From Candidatus Entotheonellaceae bacterium (GTDB lineage: Bacteria; Tectomicrobia; Entotheonellia; Entotheonellales; Entotheonellaceae), in NCBI GenBank assembly GCA_965238075.1, contig OZ250173.1, positions 64,001 through 128,000 on the forward strand: a stretch of 64,000 nucleotides of DNA, read 5' to 3'. The position numbers were made by a program, and so were the translations under genes. Below the pieces are notes generated by a model. It had not been told where the DNA came from, did not search any database, and saw only the letters and a program-made list of their open reading frames with translations. Each line of letters starts with the position of its first letter. Position 1 is the first letter of the stretch. Positions 49,385 to 59,686 of the stretch are shown piece by piece.

Positions 49385-50737
49385 TCATCCGTTCCTGGCG
49401 TGCCGGCGGTAGATTCTCTTGATCTGCGTCTCCGCCTTTTTCGCTGCCTGCTCCGCCGTCATGCGGCCCGTTGCGTGTGCCGCTGCGACGTCCGGGATGA
49501 TGAACTGATTCGCCACGGCCTGTGCCGCCGCGGTCGGTACGCCGGGCCATCCTATCGCATGAACATAGCTGGACATGTACGGCGCGAAGTAGAACTTGGG
49601 ATTGGAGGCATAGATCGGGTGCATCGAGAATGCCTTCAGGAACGGCTGGTTGTATCCGAGGCTGGCGGTGAGGAATTTCTCCTGCTGTTCCTTCTCGAAG
49701 TGCCATTCGAAAAATTCCTTAGCGAGCTCTTGCACTTTCGACCACTTCCAGATGCCGATGCCGATATGCCCCGCCGGCCCGTGCCGCCCCGCCGGTCCCT
49801 TGGGCGGCATGATGTGGTTGATAACCGTGTGGATGGGGCGCTCGGTACCCGGAATCATGGCGTTGTCCTGCCGTGCCGAGTTGTAGGCGCTGATCGGATT
49901 GAGAATCATGCTGCACCTGCCGGAATTGAGGCACACGTTGTTGTTGCGGTCGTCCCAGGCGAGCACCTCTTCTTCCATGCAGTCCTGATAGAGCGCCTTG
50001 ATAAATTTCAACGCCTCGATGGTCTCCTTGGAATTGATGGCCACCGTCTTGCTGTCGTCCTCGACGAGCTTGCCGCCCCAACTCCAGATGATGGCACGCA
50101 TCGAGCCGTTGGCGTCGGCGCCGTGAGATAACGGAAATCCAACGGGATGGCCCTTGGCCTTCAGCTTTTTGCCGATGCGGTGTACGTCCTCCCAAGTGTC
50201 CGGCAGGTTCTCGCCGATCTCTGCGATCAGGTCCGTTCGTAGTGCCAGCGGGCCGGTGATGAAGTACCACGGCAAGGCGCGGTAATGGCCGTCGCGGCCC
50301 TTGCCGACGATGGTGTTGCTATAACCGCCGGCGCGGCGGCCGATTTTGTCGTGCAGGTCGTCGAGATTGACCAGGTGTTTGGAGTACAAATGCGGGTTGG
50401 CATCGGCGGCAATCGTGATGTCGTGGCCCTTCTGCCCCTGCACCTCACTCGCCATGATGGCGGGCAACTGCAGGTGGGCCACGCGGTCCATGCGCACCTT
50501 GACACCCGTCATCGCGCCGAACTCCTCGAGTTGCCGCTTCAGTTCGGCGTCCGAAGTCGGCACGAAGTGGGACCACGTCAGCAATTTCAGTTCCCGCTCC
50601 TGCGCCATCAAGGGGGCTGTCTTGGCCAGCAGCATACCGGCGAGGCCGGCCGTCGCTGCCGTCGAGGCGCGCAGAAACGCCCGCCGCTTGAGGGAATTGT
50701 CATCGGATCGGACCGTGTGGGACGTTTCGGGTAGCAT
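49385..50737 (-). CDS. Tat-exported carbohydrate-type ABC substrate-binding protein
   Basis: RRAFLR signal; WSHFVP..D, P.TWED, WDD..NN, P.GP.G. Confidence 0.85.
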   Translation of the reverse strand: MLPETSHTVRSDDNSLKRRAFLRASTAATAGLAGMLLAKTAPLMAQERELKLLTWSHFVPTSDAELKRQLEEFGAMTGVKVRMDRVAHLQLPAIMASEVQGQKGHDITIAADANPHLYSKHLVNLDDLHDKIGRRAGGYSNTIVGKGRDGHYRALPWYFITGPLALRTDLIAEIGENLPDTWEDVHRIGKKLKAKGHPVGFPLSHGADANGSMRAIIWSWGGKLVEDDSKTVAINSKETIEALKFIKALYQDCMEEEVLAWDDRNNNVCLNSGRCSMILNPISAYNSARQDNAMIPGTERPIHTVINHIMPPKGPAGRHGPAGHIGIGIWKWSKVQELAKEFFEWHFEKEQQEKFLTASLGYNQPFLKAFSMHPIYASNPKFYFAPYMSSYVHAIGWPGVPTAAAQAVANQFIIPDVAAAHATGRMTAEQAAKKAETQIKRIYRRHARNG

Positions 50738-50887
50738 GCGCCACCTCCATGTAAAGACTGTTTACGCTGTTACCCGCAGCGCGGCGTTGTTGGCCGGCCG
50801 GCTGAATGGCCCGCGGCTTGAGGGCGCATATTGTAGCACCATATACCGCTGCGGCTGGCTTGAACCGAACAGCCACATAAGAGGCGC

Positions 50888-50916
50888 TTGACACGGCCAG
50901 AAAATTTGGCTACGTT
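50888..50916 (+). promoter_or_regulatory. Sigma70-like promoter
   Basis: TTGACA-17 nt-TACGTT. Confidence 0.6.
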
Positions 50917-50977
50917 ACCGCCCGCAAGTCACTCGTAACGAGATTTGTTCACATTTCGCAATTGCAAGAGGGAGACA

Positions 50978-51217
50978 ATGGTGAAGAAGGTACTGACTCT
51001 CATCCTGGCGTTGGGCCTGTTGGTGGCCTTTTCGAGTGTTGCGGTTGCCGGCATATGCGGCGGGCCGAAGATTACCCTGACGCAAGCCAATGCTGACCCC
51101 ACCAACACGCAGCAAAACGACCAGATCGTCGTGGCTCAGGCGGAAATGACGCAAGACACCTCCCCCGTCGAGGGTACCGACGACGAGAAAACGGACGACG
51201 AGAATACCAGCAACTAA
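50978..51217 (+). CDS. Small secreted acidic protein (79 aa)
   Basis: GAGGGAG RBS; signal peptide ending AVA; own promoter and terminator. Confidence 0.75.
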   Translation: MVKKVLTLILALGLLVAFSSVAVAGICGGPKITLTQANADPTNTQQNDQIVVAQAEMTQDTSPVEGTDDEKTDDENTSN

Positions 51218-51234
51218 CCGTCCCACCGTTTTTG

Positions 51235-51272
51235 CAGGCCCTAGGCGGCTCCCGCTGCCGGGGCCTGTTTTC
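51235..51272 (+). terminator. Rho-independent terminator
   Basis: CAGGCCC..GGCGGC/GCTGCC.GGGCCTG stem followed by TTTTT. Confidence 0.65.
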
Positions 51273-51385
51273 GGTTTGATTTCCTTCAGCACGTCAATGA
51301 ATCGCAAGCCAATCCGATATTCCCCGGCGTTTTTCCTTTGCACACTTGACACTGCCAGCCTGCAAATTCTTACCCATTTGCCGCG

Positions 51386-52813
51386 ATGAAACCATCGAAC
51401 ACGTTTGTCCCGAACCGGTTCGAAGCCGATGCGCTGGCGCCTCGACTTCACGCTCTTGTGGAAGCGGGGGGTATCGAAGCCGCCCGCCACCGGTGTTCGC
51501 TTCTGGTCAGCATGACCTTCGAATGCCCCCCGGTTTTGCCGTTATCCATTTTTCGTCAGGCGCAACCGCCACGCCTCCTTTGGCACCAACCCGATGAGGG
51601 TATGGCCATGGCGGGGGTTGGGTTTGCCGTTTCGCTTATGGGGTCCGGCGAGGGTCGATTCACGCAAGTAAATGCGGCGTACCGCCGATTGGTTTCGGAA
51701 GCACAGATCGATACCTGTCCATCCTATCCGTTGTCGGCCCCCGTGGCCCTCGGCGGTTTCGCGTTCGATCCCTCGGCGCCAGCCAACCCCGTCTGGGAAG
51801 CGTACCCGGACGCCCTTCTGATCGTCCCGCGATTCTTTTTCATGTCTGCTGAACATGCCGCCTGGTGTACGATCAATCTGCAGGTTTCGGCGGGCTGTGA
51901 TCCCGATGCTGTGACTGACGATATCGTATGCGAGTTTGCGGCGTTGATGCCGGTCGATGCCGATCCTGTCGCCGATCGGCAGCCCGCGATGTGGGCGCCG
52001 ATGAACGACCCGTTCGGCGCGTGGGAACAGCAGGTGCACGACATCGTGCAGGCCATTCAACGGGGCGCCGTGCAGAAAGTCGTGCTGGCGCGGGAGTTGC
52101 ACCTTCGGGCGCAAGCCGATTTTGACGTAGACATAGCGCTGCGACGATTGGCAGCGGCGGATAGGCATTGCACCCTCTTTGCCCTGGACACCGGTTCTGG
52201 CTGCATGATAGGCGCAACCCCGGAGCGCCTGGTCCGCCTGCAGGGCCGGACCGTGCAGGTGGATTGCCTGGCGGGCTCCACGGCGCGGGGTGACACCGAG
52301 CACGCGGACCGCCTGCTTGGGGAAGCCTTGCTTCACAGTGACAAGGATCGCCGCGAACATGGCCTGGTTGTGCGCACACTTCACGAGGCCCTGTCGTCGT
52401 ACTGCCTGTCCCTGCAGGTTCCCGATGCGCCTCGGCTACTCCGACTACCCGAGGTTCAGCACCTGCACACGCCGTTGCAAGGTACCCTGCCCGCTGGTTC
52501 CAGTATCCTGGATTTGGTGGCGCAACTGCATCCGACGGCTGGCGTTGGCGGTGTACCCCGCCCAGAGGCGCTCGACCTGATCCGGGAGCAGGAGCGCCTG
52601 GGCCGGGGCTGGTATGCAGGGCCGGTCGGCTGGATCGACGCGCACGGCGGTGAGTTCGTGGTTGGCATCCGGTCGGCTTTGGTCCGCGGCAGCGAGGCTT
52701 GGCTGTACGCCGGCTGCGGTATTGTGAAGGGTTCGGATCCTCGCAGCGAATACGAGGAATCCTGTCTGAAACTGCGCCCCATGCTGGCCGCGCTCAGCGA
52801 GACGGCATCATGA
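51386..52813 (+). CDS. menF: Isochorismate synthase
   Basis: KVVLAR, GATPERL, LAGS, HPT.GVGG, RGWYAGP, AGCGIV. Confidence 0.9.
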   Translation: MKPSNTFVPNRFEADALAPRLHALVEAGGIEAARHRCSLLVSMTFECPPVLPLSIFRQAQPPRLLWHQPDEGMAMAGVGFAVSLMGSGEGRFTQVNAAYRRLVSEAQIDTCPSYPLSAPVALGGFAFDPSAPANPVWEAYPDALLIVPRFFFMSAEHAAWCTINLQVSAGCDPDAVTDDIVCEFAALMPVDADPVADRQPAMWAPMNDPFGAWEQQVHDIVQAIQRGAVQKVVLARELHLRAQADFDVDIALRRLAAADRHCTLFALDTGSGCMIGATPERLVRLQGRTVQVDCLAGSTARGDTEHADRLLGEALLHSDKDRREHGLVVRTLHEALSSYCLSLQVPDAPRLLRLPEVQHLHTPLQGTLPAGSSILDLVAQLHPTAGVGGVPRPEALDLIREQERLGRGWYAGPVGWIDAHGGEFVVGIRSALVRGSEAWLYAGCGIVKGSDPRSEYEESCLKLRPMLAALSETAS

Positions 52814-54594
52814 CCCAGGCCAGTGCCCTGCGCACCTTTGTTGATGCCTTTGTCGATGAATTGGCCCGCTGTGGTCTGCAACACGCCTGTATCTGCCCCG
52901 GCTCCCGCTCCACCCCTCTGGCGGTCCTGCTGCACCAACATCCCGGTATCAAAGTCTGGATGCATCTCGACGAGCGTGCGGCGGCATATTTTGCCTTGGG
53001 CCAGGCGAAGGCTTCTCGGCAACCCGTGGCAGTACTGGGCACGTCGGGCACTGCCACGCTCAACTTCGCGCCGGCGGTTGCGGAGGCGTTCTACGCCCAC
53101 GTGCCGCTGCTGGTTCTCACCGCTGATCGTCCGCCGGAATTGCAAGAGGTCGGCGCTCCGCAAACCATTGACCAATCACGGCTTTATGGACGCCATGTGA
53201 AAAGGTGCGTCGAGATGCCGCTGCCGGAAGGCGGTCTGGTTGCGGTGCGCTACGTCCGCACCACCGCCAGCCGAGCGATGGCGGACTGTCGCGCCGAACG
53301 TCCCGGACCGGTGCACGTCAATTTCCCGTTTCGCGAGCCATTGATCCCCATTGGGCAAGATGATGCGACGACCCAACGCGGCACGGCGCCTTATGTGACT
53401 GTCACTCAGGGGCTGCAGGCACTCCGCCCCCCCGAGGTCACAATGCTGGCCGCCCAACTGCGTGGCGTGCAACGCGGCCTGATCGTTTGCGGTCCGCAAG
53501 ACGACCCCGACTTTCCCGGAGCGGTTGTGCAGTTGTCGAAGGAGCTACAGTTTCCCCTGCTGGCAGACGTGTTGTCCCAGGTGCGCCGCGGCACGCACGA
53601 CACGTCCTATGTTATCGACAGTTACGACGCCTTTTTGCGGGACTCGCAAACCGCGCGCGATCTGGTCCCGGAGCTCATACTGCGATTTGGCGCCACGCCG
53701 GTTTCCAAGCCGCTGCAGTTGTATCTGCAATGCTTGACGGCCAGCCGCCAAATGCTGATCGCGCCGGCAGATGACTGGCACGACCCGGCGCTGGTCGCAA
53801 CCGACAGGTTGCAAGTTGCTCCCCATGCTCTCTGCGAGTCATTGCTGCCGATCTTGGAGAAAACACCTCGTCAAGGCATCACCGCCAGCGCTTGGCGCCG
53901 CGAGTGGGAGCGGCTGAACGCTCAAACACGCGCCGCCCTGAAAGAATGCCTGAGCGAGAATCCCGCCTTGAGCGAACCGAAGGTCTTCGCCGATCTGGAC
54001 GCGGTGCTGCCGCCGAACGCTACCCTTTTCGCCGGTAATAGCATGCCGGTGCGTGACCTCGATTCCTTTTTCGCCGCGGGCGCCCGACCGGCCCGCTTCC
54101 TGGCCAACCGAGGCGCCAGCGGCATCGACGGTGTGGTGTCAACCGCCCTAGGCGTCAGTTCCGTGAGTTCAGGTCCCTGCGTGCTGGTCATTGGCGATCT
54201 GTCCCTCTACCACGACATGAACGGTCTGCTGGCAGCCAAACAGCACCGTCTTCAGGCGACGATCGTGCTGCTGCACAACGACGGCGGCGGCATCTTCTCG
54301 TTCTTGCCGCAAGCCGAGGCCGTAGAGTCGTTCGAAGACCTGTTCGGCACCCCGCACGGCCTGGATTTTCGCCACGCGGCACAACTCTACGACCTGGACT
54401 ATTGCGAACCCGGGGACAGCCAGGCGTTTCGCACGGCCCTCGAAAAATCCTTCCACACCTCGGGCGTCACGATGATCGCCGTCCATACCAACCGGGACGC
54501 CAACGCCCGCCTGCATCGGAACATCTGGCAGATCGTGTCGCAACGGTTACACTCGACCACTCCACCAGAGCCAGCGTCATGCGCCTCACCGTGA
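52810..54594 (+). CDS. menD: SEPHCHC synthase
   Basis: PGSRSTPL, DERAA, TSGTA, NRGASGIDG, GDLS..HD. Confidence 0.96.
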   Translation: MTQASALRTFVDAFVDELARCGLQHACICPGSRSTPLAVLLHQHPGIKVWMHLDERAAAYFALGQAKASRQPVAVLGTSGTATLNFAPAVAEAFYAHVPLLVLTADRPPELQEVGAPQTIDQSRLYGRHVKRCVEMPLPEGGLVAVRYVRTTASRAMADCRAERPGPVHVNFPFREPLIPIGQDDATTQRGTAPYVTVTQGLQALRPPEVTMLAAQLRGVQRGLIVCGPQDDPDFPGAVVQLSKELQFPLLADVLSQVRRGTHDTSYVIDSYDAFLRDSQTARDLVPELILRFGATPVSKPLQLYLQCLTASRQMLIAPADDWHDPALVATDRLQVAPHALCESLLPILEKTPRQGITASAWRREWERLNAQTRAALKECLSENPALSEPKVFADLDAVLPPNATLFAGNSMPVRDLDSFFAAGARPARFLANRGASGIDGVVSTALGVSSVSSGPCVLVIGDLSLYHDMNGLLAAKQHRLQATIVLLHNDGGGIFSFLPQAEAVESFEDLFGTPHGLDFRHAAQLYDLDYCEPGDSQAFRTALEKSFHTSGVTMIAVHTNRDANARLHRNIWQIVSQRLHSTTPPEPASCASP

Positions 54595-55412
54595 ATCGCG
54601 TGACCTATCACGTTGAGATGCAAGGAAGCGGCCCTGCGGTCTTCTTCCTGCACGGTTTTACTGGTAGTAGCGAGAACTGGACGCCGCATCTGGCGGCCCT
54701 GAGGGCGTTTACGACCGTTCGCGTCGACTTCTTGGGGCATGGCCGCTCCGACGCACCGGCCGCCATGCATCGCTATGGCATGGAAGCTTGCGTTGACGAT
54801 GTCCTGGCGATCCAGGATCACTTGGGCATACAGTGCTGCGCCATCGTGGGCTATTCGATGGGCGGCCGGGTCGCCATGCGAGTCGCCCTGCAGGCACCTG
54901 AACGCCTGTGGGCGTTGGTGCTGGAAAGCGCGTCCCCCGGCATTGCGAATCCGACCGACAGGAAGGAGCGGGTGATTCAGGACGCGAGGCTGGCGGAACA
55001 AATCAGAAAGGAAGGCGTGGCGGCCTTCGCGGATTACTGGCAGGCGCTGCCACTTTTCGCCAGCCAGTCGCGTCTGCCGGAGACGGCCCGGCAGGTATTG
55101 CGGGACCAACGCCTGCAACACACCGCAGAGGGCCTTGCCAATAGCCTGGAGGGTCTCGGCGCCGGTATGCAGGAGCCGGTGCTGCAGCGTTTGCGGGGCC
55201 TGCGCCTGCCCGTCCTGTTGTTGGCGGGGGCGCTGGATGGCAAATACTGCGGCTTGGCCAATGAGATGGCGAACAGGCTGCCGTGTAGCCGCGTGCACAT
55301 CGTGGCGGACGCCGGCCACGCCGTACATCTGGAGCGGCCCGCGGCATTCGATGCCGCCGTGCGAGACTTTCTGCAGGCGCATGCCCCAATCCCATCCGAG
55401 CCCTTGCCATGA
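54579..55412 (+). CDS. menH: SHCHC synthase
   Basis: LHGFTGS, GYSMGGR, LESASPG, AGH. Confidence 0.92.
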   Translation: MRLTVNRVTYHVEMQGSGPAVFFLHGFTGSSENWTPHLAALRAFTTVRVDFLGHGRSDAPAAMHRYGMEACVDDVLAIQDHLGIQCCAIVGYSMGGRVAMRVALQAPERLWALVLESASPGIANPTDRKERVIQDARLAEQIRKEGVAAFADYWQALPLFASQSRLPETARQVLRDQRLQHTAEGLANSLEGLGAGMQEPVLQRLRGLRLPVLLLAGALDGKYCGLANEMANRLPCSRVHIVADAGHAVHLERPAAFDAAVRDFLQAHAPIPSEPLP

Positions 55413-56518
55413 GAGTGGCCAGACTCGCTTGCACGCCGTATTGCATACCGTTTCGCCGGCCGTTTGCCACCGCGCACGGCATCCAGACCGAGCGTCGCGG
55501 CGTCCTGCTTCAACTGCATACGGATAATGGCCTGGTTGGCCTAGGCGAAGCGGCGCCGATACCGGGCAGCGCTTCTCGGGCGTGGTCCGATGTGGCAACG
55601 CTTCTTGAGGCTGTGCAGGTATCGTTGCCCGGCAAACGGTTGGAAGAAATGATGGACGTTATGAGGCCGGTGGGCCATCTGCATCCCGCTGCCGTCGCTG
55701 CCGTGCGTTGTGGTCTCGACACGGCAGCCTGCGACGTGCTGGCGCAGGCTGCGGGCACGCCGGTGGCGTTGTGGCTGCAGAGGGAATCCTCCGAGACGGT
55801 GCCGGTGAACGCCACCATCGCGCTTCCCAACGCGGCGTCAGCGGCCGATGCGGCGGCAAAGGCACGGGCGTCGGGCTTCCCATGCGTCAAGTTGAAGGTC
55901 GGTATGGCGGCGGGTGTGGAGGCGGAACGTCAACGCGTCGCGGCAGTCAGGAAGGCTATCGGGAATCGGTTGAAATTGCGCCTCGACGCCAATGGCGCGT
56001 GGGATGTGGAACAGGCCATTTGTACGATTCAGGCCCTGGAACCGTACGACATCGAACTCGTTGAGCAGCCGGTGGCCTGCGGGGATGTTCAGGCGCTGCG
56101 GCAGGTGCTGGCGGCCGTGGGTACACCCATTGCCGCCGATGAGGACGTCGATAGTGTTGCGGCGGCAGAGCGTGTGCTGGGAGCCGGTGCGGCTCAGGTG
56201 CTGGTCATCAAGCCGATGGTGGTTGGGGGATTACGGCCGGCCCGCCAGATCATCGAACGCGCTCAGTCCCAAGGGGTCTCGTGCATCGTGACCACAACGC
56301 TCGATGCCGGCATTGGCACCGCCGCGGCACTGCACCTCGCGGCCACCCTGCCCACCACCGGCTTGGCCTGCGGCCTGGCGACCGGCGCCCTTCTGACGAC
56401 CGACCTGCTAACGACGCCTCTGACCGTCCGTGATGGCGGCATGCAACGGCCCAGCGCCGCCGGGGTCGGCGTGCGGCTCGACGAGGAAGCCGTTGAACGC
56501 CACCGCCAACCGTTATGA
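55409..56518 (+). CDS. menC: o-succinylbenzoate synthase
   Basis: KLKVG, RLDANG, EQP, ADE, IKP; enolase superfamily in a men operon. Confidence 0.9.
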   Translation: MRVARLACTPYCIPFRRPFATAHGIQTERRGVLLQLHTDNGLVGLGEAAPIPGSASRAWSDVATLLEAVQVSLPGKRLEEMMDVMRPVGHLHPAAVAAVRCGLDTAACDVLAQAAGTPVALWLQRESSETVPVNATIALPNAASAADAAAKARASGFPCVKLKVGMAAGVEAERQRVAAVRKAIGNRLKLRLDANGAWDVEQAICTIQALEPYDIELVEQPVACGDVQALRQVLAAVGTPIAADEDVDSVAAAERVLGAGAAQVLVIKPMVVGGLRPARQIIERAQSQGVSCIVTTTLDAGIGTAAALHLAATLPTTGLACGLATGALLTTDLLTTPLTVRDGGMQRPSAAGVGVRLDEEAVERHRQPL

Positions 56519-57811
56519 CACCTGTGCCACCTGTGCCATGGCGGCGTCGAATACCTTTGCCGTTTCGGCCAGGTCCGCATCGCTGTGCACCAGCGAGGCG
56601 TAGCCCTTGGCTGACGGCTTCAGTACGCCGTTCGCCATCAACGCATCGTGAAAAACCCGATTCTTGTTGGCGTCGCCTGTCAGGCTGTCTCGGTAGCTTC
56701 GTACGGGTTGATCCGTAAACATCAAATGAAAGACGGGCCCCTCGCCCAACACCTGCCCGGGCACGTCGTGCTCCCGCAGCGTGGCCTGAAGTTGATCCCG
56801 CAGCCGCTGACCGACCTCGTGCAGGCGTTCATACGAGCCGGGGCGCCGCAAGATTTTCAATGTCGCCAGACCGGCAGCCGCGGCGACCGGGTTGCCGTTC
56901 AGCGTGCCGACCTGGGCAATCGGCAGGCCGCGCGCATCGGGCTGCGAAAAATGCGACATCATTTCCGTTTTACCCATCACCGCAGCTAATGGATAGCCGC
57001 CGCCGATGATCTTGCCCATAGCGGCCAGATCTGGCACCACGCCGTAGTACTCCTGCGCCCCGCCGTAGGCGAAACGGAATCCCGTCACCACCTCGTCGAA
57101 GATCAGCGGAATGCCGTACTGCGCCGTTGCCTCGCGCAGCCCTTGGAGGAATCCGGGCAGCGGCGACAAGGCGCGCTGAAACGGCTCGATGATCACCGCG
57201 CCCAAGTCGTCGTGATGGCCTTCGATGATCGCCGTGGTGCGTTCGAGGTCGTTGAACGGTGCAATCAATACTTCCTGCTCCAGGCATTCGGGAATGCCCG
57301 ACGAGCCGCGCACGCCGTACGGACCCTCCGATACGGCCTGCCCCTCGGTGCTCATGACGGCATAGTCGTGGTTACCGTGATAGCCGCCCTCGAACTTGAG
57401 AATTTTGTCGCGCCCACGGAACGCGCGCGCCGCCCGCAGCGCGAAGAAGGTGGCCTCAGAACCGGTGGAGGTGAAACGAATCTGATCGGCGCAAGCCACC
57501 GCGTCGATGATTTCGCCGGCCAGTTCGATGGCCTTGTCCGTCAGGTTGAAAAACGTCGAGCCGTTGTCGAGCTGCTCCCGCACCGCGGCGTTGACCTCGG
57601 GATGCGCATGGCCGACGATCATCGGGCCGGAGCCCAGCAGGTAATCGATCCAGCGGCGGCCATCCGGGTCATAAACGTGCGCCCCCTGCCCGCCGGCAAT
57701 CACAAAGCTGTGTTCTCCCGACAATGCCGCGTTACCGTTGGAAGCGCCGGGAAAATACTGCTGCGCCCGCGCCATCAGGGCCTCGTGGTCCGCTGACCGA
57801 GCCAATGCCAT
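56513..57811 (-). CDS. Class III aminotransferase (GSA-aminomutase-like)
   Basis: FEGGYHG, FDEVVTGFR, GKIIGGG, GTLNGNP. Confidence 0.88.
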   Translation of the reverse strand: MALARSADHEALMARAQQYFPGASNGNAALSGEHSFVIAGGQGAHVYDPDGRRWIDYLLGSGPMIVGHAHPEVNAAVREQLDNGSTFFNLTDKAIELAGEIIDAVACADQIRFTSTGSEATFFALRAARAFRGRDKILKFEGGYHGNHDYAVMSTEGQAVSEGPYGVRGSSGIPECLEQEVLIAPFNDLERTTAIIEGHHDDLGAVIIEPFQRALSPLPGFLQGLREATAQYGIPLIFDEVVTGFRFAYGGAQEYYGVVPDLAAMGKIIGGGYPLAAVMGKTEMMSHFSQPDARGLPIAQVGTLNGNPVAAAAGLATLKILRRPGSYERLHEVGQRLRDQLQATLREHDVPGQVLGEGPVFHLMFTDQPVRSYRDSLTGDANKNRVFHDALMANGVLKPSAKGYASLVHSDADLAETAKVFDAAMAQVAQVS

Positions 57812-57857
57812 GCCTGCTCTCCTTCTGTCCGTGTAAGAGTTGGAGCGGTCCACTCAG

Positions 57858-58388
57858 CTAGGTCGGCAGGCTGGTACGAATCGGCTCGCTGCCGTCCCAC
57901 GTACGTGCCGCTTCGGCGATGCTTGCGAACACTTCCTCGCGCCCACTGCTCATATCAAACAGCTCCACCAGCGTCCCGGGATGGCTCTCGGTCAGGAGAT
58001 ACACGAACGCTCCGCGTCCGCCCACGCTGCCGGAATGGCCGATTTCGTACCCGGCCTCGACATAGCGTGCGACGTCGGCGTCGAACTGATGCGTGCCGTA
58101 GCCGACGTGTTGCAGGCCCTCATGCCCGGCGGCGATGAAGTCGCGGTACAACGACGGGGCGTCGTTGCGCTGCTGGATCAGCTCCACCTGGAAATTGCCC
58201 GAATTGGCAAGGGCGAGCGATACGTCCACCGGCGACGGCTCGCCCTTGTAACGAAAATCGACGAACGGGATGCGCTTGAAGTAGAACCACGGCCCGACCT
58301 CAAGCACCTCAATCCAGTGGCGCATGGCGGCTTCGATGTCGCGCACCACGAACCCGTTCTGCAGAATGCTGCCAAATAGACGACTCAT
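57858..58388 (-). CDS. VOC/glyoxalase-family protein
   Basis: Q.GFVV.D, QVELIQ, GLQHV, VEL. Confidence 0.82.
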   Translation of the reverse strand: MSRLFGSILQNGFVVRDIEAAMRHWIEVLEVGPWFYFKRIPFVDFRYKGEPSPVDVSLALANSGNFQVELIQQRNDAPSLYRDFIAAGHEGLQHVGYGTHQFDADVARYVEAGYEIGHSGSVGGRGAFVYLLTESHPGTLVELFDMSSGREEVFASIAEAARTWDGSEPIRTSLPT

Positions 58389-58411
58389 GGATGTTCTCCT
58401 TGTTCAACCGT

Positions 58412-59611
58412 TCAGACCCCGCAACCGGGCGTGGCGGCGACGTTGCCGAGGCGCTCCACCACGGCCAGGCCGCCATTCACACCCCGCGCGACCATCACCT
58501 GCATGGCAGCGTGCTGCGTGCCGGCGTCGATGGTGACCGGACCGGTCGGCGACACAAAGCCCAGTCCGCGCAAATTGTTCATGGCCGCCGCCGCGCCGAG
58601 GTCGCCGGCCTGATTCCAGGCCGCCTGCAGGGCCTTCACGGCGTTGTAGTGCGTGAGCGCCATGTAGCTGACCGGTACCTCAGAACCGTGCAGCCGCCGG
58701 ACGCCCGCCACAAAGGCCGGCACGCCACCCTCGGTGTCGCTGGCAACAAACGGCGTGGTGGTCGCAATACGCGCCAACTCGTCGGCCCCCAGGCCGTCGG
58801 CCAGGGTCTCGTTAAAGCCGATCCAGCCGATCGTCACTTGCTCCAGCAAGCCCATCTCGCGTGCCTGGTGAATGAACTCGCGGCCATGGTAGCGGGTCAC
58901 GCAAAACATCACGATCTCCGCGCCGCTCTCCCGAATCCAGCGGATGACGGGGCGGAAGTCGCGTTCGCCGGTATCGGTCAACGCCTGCCCCTGCACGTGC
59001 CCGCCGAGCGGTCCGATGGTGAAGCGCAGGCGCCGGAACATACTGTTTTGCCAGCTTGGATACGAGCCCAGCAGGAAATACTTCTTGCCGGCCCCGGACG
59101 CATCCAGGTAACGCACCAGCGGCTGGCTGTCGTGGGCCATGGTCGGCCCCAAGGAGAACAACGCCGGATTGCAAAACCCGCCTTCGTGGTTGGTGGCGTT
59201 CAGGAGCGGCACGTTGAACTTTGCCAGTGTCCGGGCGGCGTAGCGGCGCCCGGCCGCCGCCCACGGGCCGATGATGGCGGCGGCGCCCCAATCCGTCACG
59301 AGTTCCCGGCAATGGCCGGGCAGGACGTTGGGGGTGGTTTCCGAATCGCGGTACGCCGTTTCGAGCGGTCGGCCAAGCACGCCGCCGGCCTCGTTGATTT
59401 CCGCCACTGCGGTTTCGATGCCCATCCGCATCTGACGGGCATAACTGTCGACGTCGCCGGTAAGCGGCAGCAGCACGCCGATGCGCACCGCTTCATGGGT
59501 TTGCGCCAGGACCGAAAAGCCCCGTCCCAGCGATGCCGCCGCGCCAAATGCCGTCAGGCCCGTCAGCAAACTGCGCCGGGTGATCGGTCGTCGCACGTAT
59601 GCGTTGTTCAT
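58412..59611 (-). CDS. Tat-exported urea/amide-type (AmiC/UrtA-like) substrate-binding protein
   Basis: TRRSLL signal; EINEAGGVLGR, EGG. Confidence 0.8.
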   Translation of the reverse strand: MNNAYVRRPITRRSLLTGLTAFGAAASLGRGFSVLAQTHEAVRIGVLLPLTGDVDSYARQMRMGIETAVAEINEAGGVLGRPLETAYRDSETTPNVLPGHCRELVTDWGAAAIIGPWAAAGRRYAARTLAKFNVPLLNATNHEGGFCNPALFSLGPTMAHDSQPLVRYLDASGAGKKYFLLGSYPSWQNSMFRRLRFTIGPLGGHVQGQALTDTGERDFRPVIRWIRESGAEIVMFCVTRYHGREFIHQAREMGLLEQVTIGWIGFNETLADGLGADELARIATTTPFVASDTEGGVPAFVAGVRRLHGSEVPVSYMALTHYNAVKALQAAWNQAGDLGAAAAMNNLRGLGFVSPTGPVTIDAGTQHAAMQVMVARGVNGGLAVVERLGNVAATPGCGV

Positions 59612-59686
59612 TTTGTCTCCTTACAGCGGGGTGGATTGAGCACCAGGGACCGACAGGTGGGCAAACGTGTGCATCGCCTGGGGGAT

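Noticed and set aside
50978-51217. RiPP precursor or lanmodulin
   Set aside because: Sec-type signal peptide, no adjacent modifying enzymes, and no DPDxDG EF-hand repeats
56513-57811. hemL assignment
   Set aside because: GSA-like, but lacks the typical PGGVNSPVR N-terminal motif and has no heme-biosynthesis context
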